Origin: Cyanophora paradoxa CCMP329
Taxonomy: Eukaryota > Plantae > Glaucophyta
Length of the DNA stretch: 64,000 nt
Direction of reading: 5' to 3'
Assembly (NCBI GenBank): GCA_004431415.1
Contig: QPMI01000212.1
Location: 1-64,000 of the forward strand
Shown: positions 1 through 10,244 of the stretch, piece after piece
Position numbering within the stretch: the stretch's first letter is position 1
Layout: each line of letters starts with the position of its first letter
The notes under the pieces: model-generated
Told to the model about the DNA's origin: nothing
Databases searched by the model: none
What the model saw: only the letters and a program-made list of their open reading frames with translations
Translations under genes and position numbers: made by a program

Positions 1-159
1 ACACAGCTTAGAGATCTATATCAAACTGATGATACTTATAGAGCCATGAAAATAGCAAGTTCATGTCAGCGAAAGTATGCAGCCAATGCAGTCTGCTTTG
101 TCAAATATTTGTATGATGTCCCTTACTCAAACAGAGGGAGAAAATCGAAACATGTCTAA
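1..159 (+). CDS. 3' end of a viral hypothetical protein
   Basis: Frame 1 is open from base 1 (TQLRDLYQTDDTYRAMK...GRKSKHV) to a TAA at 157-159. Confidence 0.4.
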   Translation, partial: TQLRDLYQTDDTYRAMKIASSCQRKYAANAVCFVKYLYDVPYSNRGRKSKHV

Positions 160-363
160 ATTATTTTCCAGCATATTACTAGGCTGGGGATATGCTGTTT
201 ATTCGCTGAAATACCAAATCCTTTTTGTATCTGAACCACTCGATATATCATGTGGATAAAATTCGTAGGGATACTTTCTCGATTTCCAACAAAAAATGAT
301 TGGGGGACCCAAAACTACTTAAAGAAAATCTTCTATATATATAAAAGGGACCCCTCGCTGAAA

Positions 364-2654
364 ATGAACGCCAAACAGACAAGTTAATCAAATCGCTCGC
401 TAACTGGCTTCGTTCTGATGAGGAACTCGCCAAAAACATGATTATCCCAGTGAAACCTGACAGCAAAGACCCAGTTTCAAGCATAAGGGAGGTGCTTGGT
501 CCTGGGAAAAGTATGAGGAAGCGCTGGCAACTAATCAGTATGTATCTTGGGGCATTCTGCTCTCAGACAACATGATGGTTATTGACTTTGATGATGAGGA
601 GACTTTGAGAAATTCCGGATATGTTTCCTGATGACTTTGATGCCAATCAGCCCATGGCAAAAACTAAAAAAGGCTATCATGTCTACTTTAAACGACCTGA
701 GGAGTTCACTAAACTCAAAATCACCGATAAGGCTCCAGGCTTTAAAGGCTTTGAAAAGGTTGACCTGAAAACAATCACTGGAACTGGAACTTCTGGATTA
801 ATTAATGTTTGTCCCAGTGTCAACAAGACCTGGGTAATTGCTCCATGGGATGATACCTGTGATTTCAATGAGCCTACTGATGAGTTTAAAAAGTGGATTG
901 CAGAGAACTATATCTATAAGAGTGAGTATACTGCTAATGCTACCTCACATGATGCATTGGAAAAGAGTATTCTTAAAGAGCTGGTGGATATGGGCTTTAT
1001 GCATCCCAATATAATCTCTCAAACTGAACTGGGCTTTAACTTTGATGCTGCTAATAAGGGACTTAATTGCCCATGCTGCAATGGTCCCATGAATCGAATA
1101 ACTGGTATGTTATGAAAGCCAAAGGAGAAGATAAAAAGTATATTGTGTCCAGCTACAGTGGCAATTGCAAAAAACGATTTATCTTCATTGGAATGCAATC
1201 TGATATCTTCAATCTCATTTGATAAGTCCGCTGGTTCTGGAGCGCTCATTATGATGTCAGTCTGTGTGCAAAGAGGTACTAAACATACTTGGAGATACTC
1301 CAAAAAGTCATGGTTCAAACTCAATACTGATACTGGGATTTGGGAGCATGATGACACAAACCAAAAGATTTACTAGACATAAGTTGCCTTGTTGTCCCTC
1401 AATACCTTGGCAGGCTGTGCATTATAGCCAAAGAGCTTTGAAGGATGAAGAGAATAGAACAGCTTTCGAAGAGAATCGAAAACATTAATTTCTATTGCCA
1501 AAAATCTTAAACAATCAGGATATCGCAAATCCCTTCTGACTGATCTGCTCCCTCTGCTGAATGATGATGATTCTATGAAAAGATTGATACAGTTCAATAT
1601 TATATTGATTCGATAATGGTGTATTTGATCTGACAACTATGACTTTCAGAAAGGGGAAACTGGAAGATATGTGAGCAAGAGTGTGGTTTATGATTATACT
1701 GAGAATGTAGACCCCAAAAGTAGACCATCTCAATCAGATTTATAGAGATTGTAGATGATCCAGCAGAGCGAAACTACCTTCTGGCATCTATTGCAATTGC
1801 CCTCAGTGATCAACAAAATCACAGATTCTACATGTGGACTGGTGCTGGGGCAATGGTAAATCACTTGTTCAGGAATACTGCAAACAGATTTCAGGGCTTA
1901 TTATAGCCCTTCGAAATATCTATTGGACCAAACCTAAAAGAACTCATCAGATGCTATCCTGAACTTGCCAAACTCCTTGGAAAGCGACTTGTATTCAGTA
2001 ATGAGCTGAAGATGGTGATAAACTGCAGATCTCCAAAATTAAGGAGGTCACAGGTGGAAATGAAATGACTGTGAGAGCCTTGTTCAAAGACCCAGTAATC
2101 CTCACTCCAATGTTCCAGGTTTACATTACAACTAATGACAATTTGACTATAAATAAACCAGACTTTGCATTCAAAGAGACTTTCATACCAGAGATTCAAT
2201 AATATATTCAGAGAGAAGCCTGAAGCTGGTCAGAAGAAAGCTGACCCAACACTGTTCACACTTCTACACAATGATGATGAGTATAAGATGGCTCACATGA
2301 AGATATTACGGATATGTGGAAGAACAAAGAGGTTGAAGAGATCTTAAGAAATCCCCCTCAATCGATTATTGAACAGGAATAAACTTTATAGCTGAAATGA
2401 TAAGATTGGTGAATGGCTTAGGGATAATTCGAAGTTACCATAATGCAAACGACTTTGTTTCGAGTGATATCATTTACAAATCATACAGAAGTGTCGATGA
2501 TAAAGTTGAATGTGTTTCTGTGATGAAGAGAGTAAGGAAATCTTCAATGTGAAATCAGAGGTTAAACGAATTCAGGGAACCAGAGCAAGGGCTACATTGG
2601 ACTTCGAAAGATAACAAGGTTCAAGAAGACAATGGAGAGGATGTTGAATATTAA
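364..2654 (+). pseudogene. Prim-Pol primase fused to D5-like SF3 helicase, frameshifted
   Basis: Stitched frames give Prim-Pol motifs (IIPVKPDSKDP, GILL..MMVIDFDD, KTKKGYHVYF), a CPCC Zn-binding site, Walker A (WTGAGxNGKS, ~1835-1863), ELAKLLGKRLVFSNE and KEVTGGNEMTVRALFKDP..FQVYITTN. Many 1-nt deletions. Confidence 0.88.
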
Positions 2655-2714
2655 ACAAAACGATTTATGATTGAAATGTATATGTATTTTTATAGCCTTA
2701 CTGGAAATGGTGTT

Positions 2715-2804
2715 GTTCACAGGTGTCACAGGTCCATCCCATCTAGGGCTATAAAAAGAAAAATGACCAGGGGACGATAAAAACCTGTGAACACCTGTGA
2801 CACC
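2715..2804. promoter_or_regulatory. Iteron-like inverted-repeat element, candidate replication origin (copy 1)
   Basis: Tandem (G)TGTCACAGG units face their reverse complement CCTGTGA(A)CAC across a ~50-bp spacer, 60 bp downstream of the primase-helicase stop. Confidence 0.55.
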
Positions 2805-2871
2805 TATCGAAAAAGACCAAAATTTGACAAGAATACTTAAAGCTTACTTGATTGTGTATAGTGAAGACAAA

Positions 2872-3015
2872 ATGGCAAAGGCTCTTGAAGAAATGACCAT
2901 GATTGAGTTAGATAAATGCATTAAACATGGAGATATAGGGGCATATATCGAAATGTCACAGAGATTGATAGGTTACAATGTGTATGCAGCAAAACAAAGA
3001 GAAATAGATCAGTAA
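2872..3015 (+). CDS. Small viral hypothetical protein
   Basis: ATG at 2872 (MAKALEEM...) after an AT-rich leader. No recognisable motif. Confidence 0.35.
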   Translation: MAKALEEMTMIELDKCIKHGDIGAYIEMSQRLIGYNVYAAKQREIDQ

Positions 3016-3373
3016 ACATTCACATAACTGTTTCAGTGTCTGAGAATGCAAACAAAAAACAACAAAAGCATATTTACAAAAGTTATCTGTGACTTGATTG
3101 CAAGTATAAAGCCAATTCCTTTGTATATATTTTTATAGCTGCCTCAGTAGCATACTGAGACCGCTTTTTCTCAATTATCTTATAGACCTGGGGTCCATTG
3201 CTACTTTCAGTTGGCAAATAATATTTAATCGGTCTTCCTCTGGGTCTCTGCTCTCTTTTTGGGCTTTTCTGCGATAATAGGATGCCAGGGCTTGTTGCTT
3301 TTTATACTCTCTATATTCTGGTCCTCTCTATATCGTTTCTGCATTGCTAGAATGTGTCTTATAGCACCCTCAG

Positions 3374-3679
3374 TTAAGGCTCATCACTGGTAAACTCGAT
3401 CAAACTAATTGTATCCTCCATTAATATTTGCTGAGAAACGTTTTCGCCTGGCAAAGACTTCTCCTTGGATATCCTGTTGCTCCTGTTGCTCATATGTATA
3501 CTCTGTGGGTCTGCTGCATTGACTCCACAGAAACTGTAGACCTCCTTCTCTCTTGCTTCTGAGGCATTATCCTCATTATCTGACATCTCAAACTCCACTG
3601 TTGTCTCACAACATCCACTGTGGCAATTGCTCACCACATGCAGACTGAACATCTCGAAGAACTTTCGTATTATGTCCAT
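3374..3679 (-). CDS. Viral hypothetical protein with CxxxCC motif
   Basis: 101-aa ORF beginning MDIIRKFF..NCHSGCCE. The C-terminal frame may be affected by indels. Confidence 0.45.
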   Translation of the reverse strand: MDIIRKFFEMFSLHVVSNCHSGCCETTVEFEMSDNEDNASEAREKEVYSFCGVNAADPQSIHMSNRSNRISKEKSLPGENVSQQILMEDTISLIEFTSDEP

Positions 3680-3699
3680 ATCTCTAATAAAACAGAGAT

Positions 3700-4420
3700 A
3701 ATTAAAGCCAAACTCGTCTTTATATACTGTTGGGCAACTCCCTTTTCTACTTCAGCTTTGGTGGAACCAGTTCAATGGTTCCCTTTGGGTTTTTGTTTTC
3801 ATTTCATCTACTGCCTGCTCATCGATTTGGTTCTCTTTCTTAGCAATAACTGTTTATCTGGACACCAGTGATTCCATTTATAAACTTCCTTCGAAGCATC
3901 TCCTTTAGCTTGGCTCTCTCTTCTTCTCAGTAACATACTGCTTCAAGGCACTTGATTTGGCTTCCAGATCTTTGAGTTTAGCAGTCATCTCATCCCATTG
4001 AGCCTTGGGAATTCGATGAACATTCTGAGTGGAGCAGTCTTGTATGTGACTTCACCAGCCATAGACTGAATAACCTTGTCTGATTCCTTACTAAGACCTT
4101 CACCTTGCGAGCCAGTGAAAGATCTTGCAAGCCTAAACCTTTATCATCAGCAGCCCAATAATTCGCCTGGCACCCTCAGCAACAGCTTTCATTTTGAGGC
4201 TTCTGGTGAGATGTTGAGTTGGTCACTGGTTGAAGCCTGTGGGCTTTGTCATCGACTGATTCCTCATAGGCAGCATTAGAGGGTCCTCTTCTTGCTGTGA
4301 GGGCTTTACCTCATTCATACCATTGAACTTCAGTGGATCTGTGTTAATGGATCCATTGTTTCCACCACCTGAATAGCCAACAGCCCCAGCTGGAATCCCT
4401 ATCTTTCGTTTGGGAGGCAT
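3700..4420 (-). pseudogene. Basic/Lys-rich viral hypothetical protein (possible core protein), frameshifted
   Basis: Starts MPPKRKIG (NLS-like). Coding-like K/E-rich sequence continues across frameshifts. The end is approximate. Confidence 0.4.
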
Positions 4421-4497
4421 TGTATCTTTATTAGAATGAGAGATAATTTTATAACCGCGTTTATATCGCATCAATTTATTGCTATGGACTTGGCTTT

Positions 4498-5226
4498 TCA
4501 CTTCTTTGGGGCTTCCTCTTTTTCTGGTGGTTTCAGTTCATCCTCTTTCTTTTTTGGCTTCCTGTGGAAGCGAGGAAATGGGAAATCTTTCACAGCTCAG
4601 CTTTATCTACATAGTATTTAACTGAGTAGTTTGCAGAGGACCAAATGATATATTGATAGGAGTGAACATACTCTTCAAACATCTTGTAGAAATCCTCTTT
4701 ATTTCGCATTATATTGTATTCTTCCTCTATGGCTTCAAGTTCTTTGCGATTAGCAGCACTGAGAAACATAGCATAGTCAGAATTAACTCGAATAGTCGAC
4801 GAGACTTTCCTTAGCTTTTGTGTGATGCAGATAATGGATATTTTCGAATGGCGACCTCTGGAATACAGAGATCCGATTATTTTATCCCTTGTGAGATCGA
4901 CTATCTCATTATCGATTAAATCATCTAAAACTACACATAACTGGTTAACAGGTTCACCTTTCTCTATTTTCTCTTGCCTCTCATCTAGCAATTTAGCAAT
5001 GTAAGGGGCATCCCATTTTCCCAGTTGCAGTGTTGCCACTTTATCCCAGAAATGATTGAAGCTGGTTCCACTCACAACTAATACAACATCAATCTTTTTG
5101 GCATCATGTAATTGCTTTAACCAATACTTTACAGCTTCTGATTTACCAGTTGCTGATTTTCCTATTGCCAATACACGAAATGGTGTTCTATCATTTCACC
5201 AGCCACAATTCATCCAAATCAGTCAT
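4498..5226 (-). CDS. A32/FtsK-HerA family genome-packaging ATPase
   Basis: Walker A GKSATGKS, Walker B VVLDD, and the family motif SRGRHSKISIICITQ..IRVNSDY. Core ORF is 4590-5171; the termini are reached by inferred frameshifts. Confidence 0.92.
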
Positions 5227-5288
5227 TGTTGTATATCTTTCTTAATAAAGACATATAAAATAATGCAGGAGACTGAAATCGTAACAAT

Positions 5289-6647
5289 CTATAAATTAAT
5301 TCTGCGTAAACCATCTTTGTCCAAAATTATATAGGAATGCATGAGAGCGCGAACATTAACATCGATTACCTTATCTGAAGGCATGTAGAGGGTGAGGAAG
5401 GAAGAAGAGGAATTTGTTAAATCAACATAACCAGACTGGGCAATATTTCGAATCGCCTTCTCTCCATCAATGCAGAAACTTAAACCTGAAAGGACATATT
5501 TATCTGCGACCTTATCCATGTTAGAGCATTTGAAGGCATCAGCAATTAGCTCAGCACCTTTGAGTAGGGAAATTGGCTCAGTGGCAAAAAGTCGCTGTCC
5601 ATTAATTTCAACAGTGAAAGTAATATCTTTGGAGTTAGCATAGGTCTTAAGAACACTGTGGAGCCATTGGATTTGTCAACAGTTTCATGATCACGAACTG
5701 AAACAAGCAGAGCATATACAAGACCTGAGATTTGAGAGAGGTTAATTCGATTGGTTGGGCATTGCCCTTGGCAGGGAAAGCACTAGCATCTACAAATCCA
5801 ATATCAAGGGAGGAATAGCCATGCCAGTAGTCTTTACTTTTTCAATTACAGTAGCGAAAAGCTCATCAGAAACATTAATAGCATGCATGTAAAGGCGAGG
5901 AGAAGTAATAGAAATAACAGGAGTTGTTGCACCAAGACTGAAAGTGGTGATGTTTTGACCAACATGGGCAAGGTTCCATCTGTAAAGTTTCCAAGACCAT
6001 CATCAGCAGTTGCATCAACAGTTCCAACAGCAGTTGTGAGTTCACGACCACCATAGGAAGTTTCAACATAACCCTTTCCAGCATCCTTAAACCAAACAGT
6101 AACAACCATTTCACCAGATAAAGCACCAAGGGGAAGGTAGTGATTTAGCCAAGGCACTGGGATCTCAACGAAAAATGAGCCACCAAGTCGGTTGGTTCCA
6201 TGAGCAGGATACCATGAACCATGCCCATTGAGCGTTTCTTTTTAGCTAGTTGATCCTCCGAATAATAGACCAGGGGGAAATGAGCAAGGAAATCAGAAGG
6301 ATGTGGTAGGTGTAAGATCCATAGGTAATTTCAAGTCGCTGAACTAAGCACCAACTGGGCGAGTGTATCCATTGCGAACAAGGTCCGTATCACCAGCAAA
6401 AGTGATGGCTGGAAGGTCGAAAGCAAGTTCGAGTTTTCCACAGAAATTGTAGCGAGGTAGCTTGAAGGAAATGCGATTTCCAACATTATTCTCAAAAGTA
6501 TTGCTGGGATTCACAACAACTAGAACTGGCTTAGACTTGGATTCGAGACCAAGCATAAGGAGTTATCCAGGAAAAAGGCTTTCGCCTCCTCTGGGGTTGT
6601 TAGGCTTCTTTCAGCGAAAGTCTTTGAAGAGTGGAAGTGATATCCAT
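5289..6647 (-). pseudogene. Major capsid protein (double jelly-roll, PLV-type), frameshifted
   Basis: ~450-aa beta-rich product from fragments: RISFKLPRYNFCGKLELAFDLP, FFVEIPVPW..YLPLGALSGEMVVTVWF, TFTVEINGQRLF, GLSFC..SGYVDLTN..LTL..VNVRAL. It lies between the ATPase and a penton. Confidence 0.8.
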
Positions 6648-6700
6648 TATATTCTCTTTTATTATACTGCAACATAAAAAATCTACCAATGATCCTTAAT

Positions 6701-7709
6701 TTATGCGAAGCTTGTAATAACTGGATAGGAAGGGTGAAGCTGTGACATTCGCATCTTAAAGTATTCATAAACTGGGTCCCCAGCTGGCTCATCACCATAG
6801 CGAATTTCAAAGGTAAGATGAACAGGTTGACCCTCAAAATCAATTGGTTCATTAATAGCATTTACAATATCAACCGAGAAAGTGGATAATCCAACTTTCT
6901 TATTATAGTATTTGTAAAGTGGGTGAGCTTCTGTTGAATTGTAAACAACATGCTCTCCATAGTCTTTATCAGGGACCACTATTTTATGGAAGTAACCAGT
7001 CAGGAGACCATCCCCACATTGCACCAGATCACCCAGCTCCTTTACCCTCACAAACAAAACACTGTCCCTTGTCTTTTCAGGCTCAAAAGAAGATATAATG
7101 CCATTCACTCGACCATCAGTAAAGATTCCATCAGTGAGAGCATCATAAACTTGGGATTTGATTGGGGAATTCCCATATCTTCCAGGATCAAGACCAAGCA
7201 GTCTAGCTGAACTCAATAGCTTTTGGATTGTTTGTTGGCTTGGGTTTACAGCAAGTGAGAAAGCCAGGTAAAAAGGCACTGCCGAGTGGAATATAATTCG
7301 TTTCAGTGACTCATCCCATTTGCAGCGAATGGATGGTTGGGGAGTTCTGCCAATGAATTTTGAGTTGATTACATTCACCAGCTGTTGGTGGCTTTGGATG
7401 GGGGTCTCGCGATTTACCATGAATTGTTTCCATTGTTCAAAATCAGCAGCTGGGCGAGTTGTTGGAATTCCTGAGCTTCCAGCTCCTGGAGTTTGTTCCG
7501 AATAATAAATACTAAATGTGTTATCAACTGTGACATCTCCTGCTTTGGTTTCACCACTCACCATAGGGATGCTGTTATAAAATTCGGCTGAGACCAGTCT
7601 CACAGCCTCACATTCTCATAACTACTGGGAGTCGAGCCACAAAGCTTGATGTGGGACCATCACCAGAGATTGTATTAAATGAGCTAACCTCGATGTAATC
7701 CACAGGCAT
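6701..7709 (-). CDS. Minor capsid protein (penton) 1
   Basis: SSFVARLP..RLVSAEFYNS, LLGLDP, LFVRVKEL, LSTFSVDIVNAINEPIDFEGQPVHLTFEI match the single jelly-roll penton pattern. One frameshift near 7610. Confidence 0.8.
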
Positions 7710-7737
7710 TCTTCTTTATCTATATTTATATATTAAA

Positions 7738-8659
7738 ATGAACCGGCTCGTTAATATTGATAGCAGGGATAGAAGCCAAGGACAAAATGAAAACTCTTAC
7801 AGGGTCACCCTCACAACTCCAGTAGAGAGACCAAGGAATGTAGGGTTCTCTATGCAGAGATTCCAAACAGTATCTATAACAGTGTGGGAACTGATCATCT
7901 AACAGTTCAGTTTAATTACCAAGATGGTTCATATAACCAAGTGATCACACAACAAGTGTATCCCTTCCCAGTGGCTACATCAATCAGGTCATTTTGGGTA
8001 ACACACCTTATAATTATGGGCTGAACTATTCAAGCTTCCAAACCATTGCAGGCAAAACAGTAGCTTTGAGTTCAAGATATTCTATAACCCAACTACCTAT
8101 AAAGTGGAGTTTTACAGTAACCATGAGTTTCGTTTTATTGCAAGCAACCAGAGAATAGGGAAGCTTTTGGTGTGAGTTCTACTGAATACACCAATGGGTA
8201 TTATAGCACTCCTCCTGTTGGTGGATCACCCTATCGACCTGAGAACCTGTTAAAGTATGATGCAAACCTATTACACCTGATCACCCAGCATGGGAACCAC
8301 CTTTTCAGGACCCAGACTCTCATCTAAGCCCTTGCAATATTATTTTGACAGCAGAAAGATGTCTGATATGAATGCTGAGCAGTATCTATACATGCACATT
8401 AAAGAGCTTGCCCCTTTTGCCAGCAGACACAATATAATTCCGAAATCGCAACACATAACCAGGGGCAATCCTTAGATTGCAATTGAGTAAGGATATAGGT
8501 GGCTATGTTTACCATAGTGGTGAACATGCAGAATTCATTCAGATAAATGACAGAAACCTGGTGATAAGGGAACTCACAGTTGAGTTTAAAGATTACTTTG
8601 GTGAACTGATTGATATGAATGGAATCGATAATTCTTTTCAGTTGGAGTTTATCGAATAA
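7738..8659 (+). pseudogene. Minor capsid protein (penton) 2, frameshifted
   Basis: N-terminal LVNIDSRDR and C-terminal IRELTVEFKDYFGELIDMNGIDNSFQLEF are typical of penton-like proteins. Several indels lie between them. Confidence 0.78.
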
Positions 8660-8827
8660 AGGCACCTGTAAAGTCAACTCTCATTGTGGGAGCATTCACA
8701 TACACAAGGGATAAATGCGAATATATTTAATTCTGAGAGAAAAACCTATGTAAAAGCATCCTTGATGCTGAGAGGAAATCCACTCAATAGAGCCACATCA
8801 CCTGAGTTGTGAGCATTGTTAATGTTC

Positions 8828-10201
8828 TCACAGACATATATTTGTTTTGCCATCTGATCGAATAAAAGACCAGTTGATCCCATCAGTGGATGTTGCCACA
8901 TTGAAAGTCTTAATAAAAGCATTGGTGTCCCCTGATCCATAGGCAATCACAGAAGAGAGTTCAAAAGTATATGGGAAAGCAACTTGAAGGTATTCAGTGG
9001 GGGTTTCCCATATCTGCTCAGGAGCATAGGCTCCAGCTTCCCAGCCAAATGCTGAAGGTCTAGCCATGAAAGGCTCTTTACCTGTCACAGAGGATGATGC
9101 AGTAAAGGCATCATCTGCAAGCTGATACCAATTGGCATCCAAAGGAGGTGATGTAGTGAGAGTGGATGAGATGTAAGCCTTTGTAGGGTTCTTAAGTTCA
9201 TAGTTTGCTACTAGAAGGCTGCAAAGCTTATTTATCATATCATTGTTTGCTGCTATGTATGTTTCAGTGAATGCTATCATATCTGGGATTTTAGAAGTGT
9301 CATCCAGAGAGCTTACTATATGATTTGGAAGTGGGACTGATAGCCTATAGTATCTCCCATAATCCTGATCATAGTTGTAGGGTAACAACTCCTCCATCTT
9401 ATCAAGGGCAGAAAGCTCACTTGCAGCCATGAGCATGTTAATCAATGGGCTTCCATCTGTTGAGGCAATCCATGAGAGAATTCCCCAGCTGTTCACAGTC
9501 TCATAAGCATAACCCACATAATCAGACTCTAAATGTGGGTCCACCTCACCACAAGAGATACTTATTACTATAATATCATCATCATCACTGTAAATCTTCT
9601 TTGCATGGCTGTAACCACACACACTGGGATTATTGTTTCCCGAAATGGCACCATCAATGAGACAGACAAATACTCCCCGATTGAAATCAACAATGCTTAC
9701 AGGAGAGAAATATGTAGGAGCAGCAGAAGTAGCCCTAGCAGCAATCTTACAAGGCATAAAGTTGTAGTTGTTGTCATTTGTGATAAATATTGGTTTCATA
9801 TTCTGAGTATCAAAGGATGTGATCACAATGTCCTTTAGGGAATCCTGTATGAGTGATTCACCAGTAACTGAATTGATTGCAGTCTCCAAGGGTCCCACAT
9901 CATACTTTGTATTAAATAGGGCATTTTCGATTATATTTCGAGGATTTGCGAAAATCAAGGGCAGTTGAGTTAGGTAAATATTGTGTAAATCGTTTGCTGT
10001 CAGTTTAGGTTCACCTGGTCTATCAGGATGCCTTATATTCAAACCTATTGCAATGATCCCACCAGTGGAAGTTCCACTCACAAGATCCACAAGATCGATT
10101 ATTCTCCTGCCAGTTCGATTTTCGATTTCTTTTAGCAGCCTGGTTATGATAATGCCCCTTGCACCCCCGCCAGAAAGACTTAAAACGACCTTGAGAGGCA
10201 T
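8828..10201 (-). CDS. Patatin-like phospholipase with C-terminal discoidin (F5/8 type C)-like domain
   Basis: LSGGGARG oxyanion motif, GTSTG nucleophile, ATSAAPTYF and DGA. The C-terminus has EYLQVAF..SSVIAYG..IKTFNVATSTDGINW. The true end is probably further down (~8650-8750) via a frameshift. Confidence 0.92.
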   Translation of the reverse strand: MPLKVVLSLSGGGARGIIITRLLKEIENRTGRRIIDLVDLVSGTSTGGIIAIGLNIRHPDRPGEPKLTANDLHNIYLTQLPLIFANPRNIIENALFNTKYDVGPLETAINSVTGESLIQDSLKDIVITSFDTQNMKPIFITNDNNYNFMPCKIAARATSAAPTYFSPVSIVDFNRGVFVCLIDGAISGNNNPSVCGYSHAKKIYSDDDDIIVISISCGEVDPHLESDYVGYAYETVNSWGILSWIASTDGSPLINMLMAASELSALDKMEELLPYNYDQDYGRYYRLSVPLPNHIVSSLDDTSKIPDMIAFTETYIAANNDMINKLCSLLVANYELKNPTKAYISSTLTTSPPLDANWYQLADDAFTASSSVTGKEPFMARPSAFGWEAGAYAPEQIWETPTEYLQVAFPYTFELSSVIAYGSGDTNAFIKTFNVATSTDGINWSFIRSDGKTNICL

Positions 10202-10244
10202 CTTTTACTTATCAGGAATTTTATAAATCCATATAGTAAAAGCC

